DNA of 47,784 bases from contig DRZV01000093.1 in the NCBI GenBank assembly GCA_011375465.1, forward strand, positions 1 to 47,784, read 5' to 3'. This DNA is from Neomoorella mulderi. GTDB lineage: Bacteria; Bacillota; DSM-521; Neomoorellales; Neomoorellaceae. The position numbers and the translations under genes are program-made. Positions 28,378 to 35,464 of this stretch are shown here, in pieces (the first letter of the stretch is position 1; every line of letters begins with the position of its first letter). The notes below the pieces were generated by a model that made no database searches, was not told the DNA's origin, and saw only the letters and a list, made by a program, of their open reading frames with translations.

Positions 28378-30356
28378 AGCGGGTAGGCGTGTTCGTCTGC
28401 CACTGCGGCTCCAATATTGCCGGGGTGGTGGATGTAAAAAAGGTGGCAGAGGCAGCCAAAGAATTCCGGGACGTGGTCTTTGCCACCGATTACGAGTATA
28501 TGTGCTCTGATCCTGGACAGGAGCTCATCCGCAAGGCCATCAATGAGCACCAGCTCAACCGAGTGGTGGTGGCCTCCTGTTCCCCTCGGCTTCACGAGGA
28601 GACCTTCAGGAGATGCTGTGAGAGCGCGGGCCTAAACCCCTACCTCTTTGAGATGGCAAACCTCAGGGAACAGGTGGCCTGGTGCCACGCCAAGGATAAG
28701 GAGGCAGCCACCGCAAAGGCCATCGAACTGATCAGGGGTGCGGTGGCCAAGGTAAGGCGGAGCGCTCCTTTGACTCCCGGGGTAGTCCCCATCACCAAAA
28801 AGGCCCTGGTCATCGGCGGTGGCATAGCGGGGATCCAAGCTGCCCTGGATATTGCGGATGCCGGCTATAAAGTGACCCTGGTGGAAAGGGAGCCCACCAT
28901 AGGGGGAGCCATGGTAAAGCTGGATAAGACCTTCCCCACCCTGGACTGCTCTGCCTGAATAAGCACCCCCAAGATGGTTGCCGCGGCGCGGCATCCCAAT
29001 ATAGAGCTTTTGACTTACTCAGAAGTGGAAGACGTATCCGGTTATGTGGGCAATTTTGAAGTCACCATCAGGAAGAAGGCCCGGAAGGTGGACGCCACCA
29101 AATGCCGGGGATGCGGTGTGTGCTGGGAAAAATGTCCCACCAAAGTGGATAGCGAATTCGAACAGGGCCTGGCCAAGAGAAAGGCCATCTATATCCCCTT
29201 CGCCCAGGCCGTGCCGGCCATACCAGTGATAGATCAAGAGCACTGCCTGTATTTCACCAAGGGAAGGTGCGGTGTGTGCCAGAAGGTTTGCCCGGCCAAG
29301 GCCATAGACTACGAGCAACAGGACGAGATCATCAAGGACAAGTTCGGGGCAATAATAGTGGCCACGGGCTTTGAACTGTTCAACTGGAGGGAGGTTTACG
29401 GCGAATACGGTTATGGCAAGTATCCCGATGTGATCGACAGCATGCAATTTGAGCGGCTCAACGTTTCCTCCGGTCCCACCGGCGGCAAAATCCTCAGGCC
29501 TTCCGACGGCAGGGAGCCCAAAACGGTGGTATTCATAAAGTGTGTGGGTTCCCGGGATGAAGCCAAGGGTAAGAGCTACTGTTCCCGGGCCTGTTGCATG
29601 TACACCGCCAAACATGCTCATCAGGTTCTGGAAAAGATACCCGGAGCCCAGGTTATAGTCTTCTACATGGACATTCGCACCCCGGGCAAGGCCTACGAAG
29701 AATTCCTGGAGAGGACTATACACGAAGGGGCCATCTATGTAAGGGGGAGGGTAAGCAAGGTATTCCCGGAAGGGGATAAGCTCATAGTCAAGGGAGAAGA
29801 CACCCTATTGGGTCGCCCTGTAGAGGTGGCTGCCGATCTGGTGGTGGTGGTCCCTGCCATGGTGCCCAGCCGGGGATGGGATAAGCTGGCCAAAATGCTG
29901 GGGTTGCAGACAGATAAGGACGGCTTCTTCCAGGAGGCCCATCCCAAACTGAGGCCGGTGGAGACCTTCACCGCAGGGGTATTCCTGGCGGGCGCCTGTC
30001 AAGGACCTAAGGACATCCCCGATACGGTAGCCCAAGCCAGCGCGGCCGCCGCCAAAGCAATTCTGTTGCTCTCCAAGGACGAGATGGCTACCGAGCCCAT
30101 GGTGGCTTCTGTAGACCAGAGCGTGTGCGCCGGATGCGGTCTCTGCGTGGAGGTCTGCCCCTACAAGGCCATCTCCTTGACCACCATCGCCGAGAGGGTG
30201 GGCGGCAGAGAGATCACCAGGCAGGTGGCCACCGTCAATACCGGCCTCTGTCAGGGTTGCGGCAGCTGCGCCGTCACCTGCCCCTCCAGTGCCATGAATC
30301 TCAAGGGCTTCACCAATGAACAAATTCTGGCGGAGGTGGACGCCATATGTCTATAG
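28374..30356 (+). CDS. hdrA: Heterodisulfide reductase subunit A, with an in-frame UGA (probable selenocysteine) at 28956-28958
   Basis: [12 protein letters not shown], the FAD motif [32 protein letters not shown], the ferredoxin motifs [33 protein letters not shown] and [12 protein letters not shown]. The two ORF-track pieces are in the same frame. Confidence 0.85.
28976..28996 (+). promoter_or_regulatory. Candidate SECIS hairpin for the hdrA UGA
   Basis: ggttgccg / cggcatcc stem (one T-T mismatch) with loop cggcg, starting 20 nt after the U of the UGA. Confidence 0.45.
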
Positions 30357-30784
30357 CTGCCGAGGAGAAACAGTGGGAACCCAAAATAGTGGCCTTTTGC
30401 TGCCACTGGTGTTCCTATGCGGCTGCCGATCTGGCTGGTTTAAGCCGCCTGCAGTATCCTCCCAATGTGAGGATCATAAGGGTTCCCTGTTCCGGCAGGG
30501 TGAACCCCCAGTTCGTGCTGAGGGCTTTCCAGCGGGGGGCCGATGGGGTGCTGGTGGCGGGGTGACACCCCGGAGAATGCCACTATGGTAGTGGCAATTA
30601 CTATGCCCGCCGGCGCCTCTTGCTTCTGCAAAAGGTTTTACAATTCATGGGTCTGGAGCCGGAAAGGTTTCAAGTCAAGTGGATATCGGGTTCAGAAGGA
30701 CCCCGGTTCGCTCAAGCTATCCAGCAGATGACCGAACAGGTTAAGGCTCTAGGACCCAATAGAAAGTTGAGGGATCGGGTATGA
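30347..30784 (+). CDS. mvhD: MvhD/FlxD-like iron-sulfur subunit, with an in-frame UGA (probable selenocysteine) at 30563-30565
   Basis: [28 protein letters not shown], and [29 protein letters not shown]. The frame stays open to TGA 30782-30784, which overlaps the next ATG (ATGA). The ORF track shows only the first 72 aa. Confidence 0.8.
30578..30596 (+). promoter_or_regulatory. Candidate SECIS hairpin for the mvhD UGA
   Basis: tgccacta / tagtggca 8-bp stem with loop tgg, starting 15 nt after the U of the UGA. It can be extended with a bulge (aat...aatt). Confidence 0.5.
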
Positions 30785-31680
30785 GCCTGCAGGACAAGAT
30801 GAGGGAAAGGGCAAGGGAATTGCTGGAGAGCGGTGCGGTGAACATGGTCATAGGCTGGGAAAAGGGCACGTTTTGGTACCTTTCCCCGCCGGCCTTCATC
30901 ACCACTCCCGAAGAGGCGGATCGCCTGGTTTGGGACGAGTTTTGCCTGAACAACCTCTCTAAATATCTTCTGGACTACAGAAACACAGACGATAAAATCG
31001 CCCTTTTTGTAAAGGGATGCGACTCCAGAAACGTGGTGCGGCTTTTACAGGATAACCAGTTCCCCCGGGAGAGGCTTTACCTTTTAGGCATAAAGTGCCC
31101 GGGCCTCAAGGATAGCCGGGCAGCTAGCCTGCTAGGAGAGGAGAAGAGGGCAGAACTGCCCTTGGCCCCCAAGTGTGTGGGCTGTACCCATCCCGAGCCG
31201 GTAATCTATGACGAGCTCCTGGAGGCGGGAGTCTCAGGGGATCTGGGGTCTCCGGAGAAGCGCTTTGAAGATGTGGAGAAGATCGAGGCCATGTCCTACG
31301 ATGAGAGATACGCCTTCTGGGTCAATGCCTACGCCCGTTGCATCCGCTGTTATGCTTGTCGCAACGTGTGTCCCGCTTGCGATTGCCGGGAATGCATCTT
31401 CGACCGCACCCAGACCGGCTGGTGCGGTAAGCAGATGGGGCTTACCCAGAACATGTTCTTTGCCATCACCCGGGCCCTGCACGTGGCTGGCCGATGCACC
31501 GAATGCGGCGAATGCGAGAGGGTTTGTCCCCAGCGTTTACCCATAATGACCCTCAACCGTAAGATCATCAAGGAATTAAACGCCCTGTTCGGGCCCTATG
31601 AAGCAGGTGTCAGCTTAGAGGCCAAGCCCCCGGTGGTGGAATACCGGCCCGACGATCCGGACTTTGAAGAAAGGAGGTAG
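30781..31680 (+). CDS. Iron-sulfur protein, FlxC-like (FrhB/HydB-related)
   Basis: CIRCYACRNVCPACDC and CTECGECERVCP cluster motifs. It lies immediately after mvhD. Confidence 0.6.
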   Translation: MSLQDKMRERARELLESGAVNMVIGWEKGTFWYLSPPAFITTPEEADRLVWDEFCLNNLSKYLLDYRNTDDKIALFVKGCDSRNVVRLLQDNQFPRERLYLLGIKCPGLKDSRAASLLGEEKRAELPLAPKCVGCTHPEPVIYDELLEAGVSGDLGSPEKRFEDVEKIEAMSYDERYAFWVNAYARCIRCYACRNVCPACDCRECIFDRTQTGWCGKQMGLTQNMFFAITRALHVAGRCTECGECERVCPQRLPIMTLNRKIIKELNALFGPYEAGVSLEAKPPVVEYRPDDPDFEERR

Positions 31681-31684
31681 GGGG

Positions 31685-32686
31685 ATGTACAAGCTGGCTA
31701 CGGAAAAGCTGCCGGAACTGCTGCAGTGTTGGTCCCAGGGGGCTACGGTCTACGTGCCCCAGAAGGTGGGGGAAGTCACCCTTTTCCGCCCCTTTAAGGG
31801 TCAAGGAGATCTGGCCCTGGGAGAAGGCAATACCCTGGAGCCCCCTAAGGATCTCTTCTTCCCCCGTACGGAAAAGCTTTATGATTACTGGGCCAGCGGC
31901 AAAGAGGCCAGGTTGGAGCCTGTGGAGCTGCATCCGGATAGGGCCGTGCTGGTGGGGGTGCGCTCCTGTGATGCCCGCAGCTTCCTGCTCCTGGATCAGG
32001 TCTTTCTCACCAGGGGTTATGTAGATGAGTTCTATAAAAAGCGCAGGGAAAACACCGCTGTCGTGGCCCTGGCCTGTACCCAGGCGGCCCCCACCTGCTT
32101 CTGCACCTCCTTTGGTATAGACCCGGGGAGAGCAGAAGGGGTGGATGTGCAGATGTGGCCTGTGCCAGGAGGCTATCTCCTGGAGGCCCTTACCCCCAGG
32201 GGGGAAGAGATGCTGAAGCAGGCTTCCGGCCTCTTGGCCCCTGCGGAGGGAGAGAAGATACCGGCCCCTGCCCAGCCTTCCCTCCAGGTGGAACTGGAAG
32301 GGTTGGTGGAAAAACTGCAGAAGATGTTCGACCATCCTTACTGGGGGGAACTAAGCCGCAAGTGTCTGGGCTGCGCCATCTGCACCTATCTCTGCCCCAC
32401 CTGTCACTGTTTTGATATAGACTGCGAGACAATAGAGACTTCCGGTTACAGGTTCCGCTGCTGGGACACCTGCCTTTTTGCCCATTACACCCTGATGGCA
32501 GGGGGCCGTAATCCCCGGCCCACCAGGAAAGAAAGGCTCCGCAACCGCCTCCTCCACAAGCTTCAATACTTTGTGGAGCGTTATGGCCAGTTTGCCTGCG
32601 TGGGATGCGGTCGCTGCCTTGAGCTCTGCCCGGTGAATGTGGATATCACCAAGGTCATCCGGGACGTAAAGGAGGTGAGCTTATAA
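31685..32686 (+). CDS. Iron-sulfur protein, FlxB-like (AsrA / sulfhydrogenase beta-like)
   Basis: CLGCAICTYLCPTCHC and CVGCGRCLELCP motifs. I prefer the ATG at 31685 after RBS gaaaggagg over the upstream TTG in the ORF track. Confidence 0.65.
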   Translation: MYKLATEKLPELLQCWSQGATVYVPQKVGEVTLFRPFKGQGDLALGEGNTLEPPKDLFFPRTEKLYDYWASGKEARLEPVELHPDRAVLVGVRSCDARSFLLLDQVFLTRGYVDEFYKKRRENTAVVALACTQAAPTCFCTSFGIDPGRAEGVDVQMWPVPGGYLLEALTPRGEEMLKQASGLLAPAEGEKIPAPAQPSLQVELEGLVEKLQKMFDHPYWGELSRKCLGCAICTYLCPTCHCFDIDCETIETSGYRFRCWDTCLFAHYTLMAGGRNPRPTRKERLRNRLLHKLQYFVERYGQFACVGCGRCLELCPVNVDITKVIRDVKEVSL

Positions 32687-33516
32687 TGGCAGATGTGGCC
32701 ACTGGCAATCCCCTTGTCCCCATGCCAGCCCGTATAGTCAAAATCGTGGAGGAAACCCCCGACACCAAGACCTTCTATATATCCACCGATCAGGGCAAGC
32801 CCTTCACCCCTAAACCGGGACAGTGCGTCATGCTCTCCCTTTTGGACGTGGGGGAGGGTATGTTTTCGGTAACCTCCCAGGGGCCGGATCACCTGGAGAT
32901 CGCCATCAGGAAGGTGGGGGTGCTCACCACTGCCCTCCATGAAGCAGAGGTGGGCCAGGTGGTGGGCATAAGGGGGCCCTATGGCAATGGTTTTCCTGTA
33001 GAGGAGATGAAGGGCAAGGATATGCTCTTCATAGCCGGCGGCATAGGTCTGGCTCCGGTGCGCTCGGTCATCAACTACTGTATAGAGCACCGGGAAGACT
33101 ATGGACACCTGTGGATCATCTACGGCGCCCGGACCCCCACCGACCTCTGTTTCAAAGAGGATCTGTTCAACAACTGGCCCAAAGTGGAAAACTGCCGGGT
33201 GGACGTCACTGTGGACCGGGCCGATGAAAAGTGGACGGGGCCGGTGGGATTTGTCCCTCCCTTCGTGGAGCAGCTAAAGCCTTCCCCTGAAAACAGGATC
33301 GCCATTGTCTGCGGTCCCCCCATAATGATCAAACTGGTTCTGGAAACCCTGGCCAAGTTGGGGTATAATGATGAGCAGATAATAACGACCCTGGAGATGC
33401 GCATGAAATGCGGCATAGGTAAGTGTGGCCGGTGCAATCTGGGCAGCAAATATATATGCTTGGATGGGCCGGTCTTCACCTTTGCCCAGTTAAAGCTCTT
33501 ACCCAGCGAATACTGA
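32686..33516 (+). CDS. FAD/NAD(P)-binding oxidoreductase with C-terminal 2Fe-2S, FlxA-like (PyrK/AsrB/HydG-like)
   Basis: GQCVMLS, RGPYGNGF, the NAD(P) motif FIAGGIGLAPV, and C-terminal CGIGKCGRCNLG. TAATG overlaps the preceding gene. Confidence 0.75.
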   Translation: MADVATGNPLVPMPARIVKIVEETPDTKTFYISTDQGKPFTPKPGQCVMLSLLDVGEGMFSVTSQGPDHLEIAIRKVGVLTTALHEAEVGQVVGIRGPYGNGFPVEEMKGKDMLFIAGGIGLAPVRSVINYCIEHREDYGHLWIIYGARTPTDLCFKEDLFNNWPKVENCRVDVTVDRADEKWTGPVGFVPPFVEQLKPSPENRIAIVCGPPIMIKLVLETLAKLGYNDEQIITTLEMRMKCGIGKCGRCNLGSKYICLDGPVFTFAQLKLLPSEY

Positions 33517-33518
33517 GG

Positions 33519-34268
33519 ATGGCTGCTGATTATCACGTCCATGGATTGGGTCACGACGGCCCTGCCCATACGGTGGAACGGCTCTGGCCCTATGTGGAAG
33601 TGGCGCGGGCTCGAGGTTTGACCGAGATCGGCTTTGCCGAGCACGAATGGTATCTGGAAGGGCTGGATTTCAGCGTCTTCCCCCGGCTGGAGGAAAAAAC
33701 TAAGCTAAAAGTGAGGGCCGGGCTGGAAGTGGATTTCCGGCCCGGCAGGGATTTTAAGGAACTGGAGGGAAAGCCCTGGGACTACCTCATAGGATCGGTG
33801 CACGAAGTCCACGGGTGGGCCTTTGACAAACCTGGAGAAGAGGAAGGGTTTGGGAACTGGGACATAGACGAGCTCTATAGGCTATACTTTGGGTTAGCTG
33901 CCCAGGCTGCAGCCACAGGTATCTTTCAGGTGATAGGCCATCTGGATCTCATAAAGCTCTATGGGCACCGGCCCCGCCGGCCAGCGGTGGAACTGGCGGA
34001 ACCTGCCCTCCAGCTGATGGCCCGCCTGGGCATAGTCCTGGAGGTGAACACCTCAGGGCTGTATCGCCCCGTGAGGGAGATCTACCCTTCCCGGGACATA
34101 TTGGAAAGGGCTTTTCAGCTGAATATACCGGTGATCATAACCTCCGATGCCCATGTTCCGGAAGAGGTGGGCCGGGCCAGAGAGACAGCGCGACAGATTT
34201 TATATCAGATAGGTTACCGCCAACTGGCCACCTTCCACAAGGGTCACATGGGGACAGAACCCCTCTAG
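33519..34268 (+). CDS. PHP-domain phosphoesterase (HisJ-family histidinol-phosphatase-like)
   Basis: MAADYHVHG, GFAEHE, GLEVD, GSVH, IGHLD and TSDAH are metal-binding motifs of the PHP/HisJ family. The start is taken at ATG 33519. Confidence 0.7.
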   Translation: MAADYHVHGLGHDGPAHTVERLWPYVEVARARGLTEIGFAEHEWYLEGLDFSVFPRLEEKTKLKVRAGLEVDFRPGRDFKELEGKPWDYLIGSVHEVHGWAFDKPGEEEGFGNWDIDELYRLYFGLAAQAAATGIFQVIGHLDLIKLYGHRPRRPAVELAEPALQLMARLGIVLEVNTSGLYRPVREIYPSRDILERAFQLNIPVIITSDAHVPEEVGRARETARQILYQIGYRQLATFHKGHMGTEPL

Positions 34269-34278
34269 ATTGAATAGA

Positions 34279-34389
34279 TTGAAGGGGAGTAGCCCCCCGG
34301 AAGGGGCTGGGTTCGCCATCCCGGCTATCAGCCCGGACCCAGCGGAAAGGGCGAGACCTTCACCTGTTGGTGAAGGTCTTTTTCTTTTC
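34279..34389 (+). promoter_or_regulatory. yybP-ykoY-like (Mn2+) riboswitch with an intrinsic terminator as expression platform
   Basis: Hallmark GGGGAGTAGC (34284-34293) and the 3' conserved GCGAGACCTTC (34351-34361). P1 pairs gaagg (34281-34285) with ccttc (34357-34361), and there are internal hairpins agcccc/ggggct and ctgggt/acccag. The terminator is agaccttcacc (34354-34364), loop tgtt, ggtgaaggtct (34369-34379), then ttttcttttc. Its 5' arm shares the ccttc of P1. Confidence 0.6.
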
Positions 34390-34434
34390 ATTAAATTTTT
34401 GGGGAAGAGTTATCCTAAGGGAGGGAGGGAAGAG

Positions 34435-35442
34435 ATGCTGAGCTTACCCATGTCCCTGCTTTTAAGCCTGACGATGATCCTGGTGGGGGCTAAAGGCTTT
34501 GCCAACGGCGTGGAGTGGCTGGGCAGGAAACTGAACCTCAGGCAAGGGGCTGTGGGCAGCATCCTGGCAGCGGTGGGGACTGCCCTGCCGGAAACCCTCG
34601 TGCCCCTCGTGGCCATCCTCACTCGAGCCAACAGCAGTCAAGGCAGCGATATAGGGATAGGAGCTATTTTAGGGGCCCCTTTTATGCTGAGCACCCTGGG
34701 CTTTCTCGTAACAGGCCTGGCTGTATGGATGCACCGGGGCCGTCGGAGCGACTTCCCCCAATTGCGGGTGGAAACCCAGGTCATAGCCCGGGATCTGGGT
34801 TTCTTCCTGGTCTGCTACAGCCTGGCGCTAGCCGCCTCCTTCAGCCCGGGGTCCCTGGCGAAGAAAGGGGCCGCCCTCATTCTGGTGGTCATTTATTTTG
34901 TATACACCTATCTCTGCCTCACCCGAGGGCAAACCCTGGGGGAAGCGGGCATTTGTCCCCCCTGCCTTTATTTCAATCCCGAGAGGGCCGAACCCAGAAC
35001 CTCCCTGATCATATTTCAGGTCCTCTTTTTCCTGGGCCTCATCCTGGTGGGGGCCAGACTTTTCGTCCTGGGCCTTTCCCGCCTGGCCGAAATGCTGGGA
35101 GTCCCCCCCTCTATCTTGGCCCTGATAATCGCGCCTATAGCCACCGAGCTTCCGGAAAAATGTAGCAGCGTCATCTGGGTATATCAGAGAAAGGACACCC
35201 TGGCCCTGGGGAACATGACAGGGGCCATGGTATTTCAGGGCTCCCTTATCCCCGCCCTGGGGATGGCTCTGACCGATTGGCGTCTTTCCCCTGCTGGCCT
35301 GTTCAGCGCTCTTCTTGCCCTCCTTATGGCCTCTTTGGTCCTGGGGCAGATCCGGAAAAAGGGGTACCTCACCGTATATCCGCTTTTGGCCGGAGGCATA
35401 TTTTACCTCTTATTTATCCTGACAACCCTTCGAGCTATTTAA
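34435..35442 (+). CDS. CaCA-family cation exchanger (YrbG/Na+:Ca2+ exchanger-like membrane protein)
   Basis: Two alpha-repeat signatures, GSILAAVGTALPE and ALIIAPIATELPE, in a polytopic hydrophobic protein. The ATG at 34435 follows RBS gggagggaggg. The upstream part of the ORF-track ORF is the riboswitch. Confidence 0.8.
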   Translation: MLSLPMSLLLSLTMILVGAKGFANGVEWLGRKLNLRQGAVGSILAAVGTALPETLVPLVAILTRANSSQGSDIGIGAILGAPFMLSTLGFLVTGLAVWMHRGRRSDFPQLRVETQVIARDLGFFLVCYSLALAASFSPGSLAKKGAALILVVIYFVYTYLCLTRGQTLGEAGICPPCLYFNPERAEPRTSLIIFQVLFFLGLILVGARLFVLGLSRLAEMLGVPPSILALIIAPIATELPEKCSSVIWVYQRKDTLALGNMTGAMVFQGSLIPALGMALTDWRLSPAGLFSALLALLMASLVLGQIRKKGYLTVYPLLAGGIFYLLFILTTLRAI

Positions 35443-35464
35443 TTTGCTCTTGGGGGGTGATTAA

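Noticed and set aside
28959-28973. Apparent 15-nt gap suggesting two separate hdrA genes
   Set aside because: Both pieces are in the same frame with no stop other than the UGA. The conserved motif spans the junction, and the second piece has no RBS. I therefore treat it as one Sec-containing gene.
34270-34434. N-terminal 55 residues of the 390-aa ORF
   Set aside because: This stretch is the riboswitch plus terminator. The CaCA protein starts at ATG 34435, which has a strong RBS.
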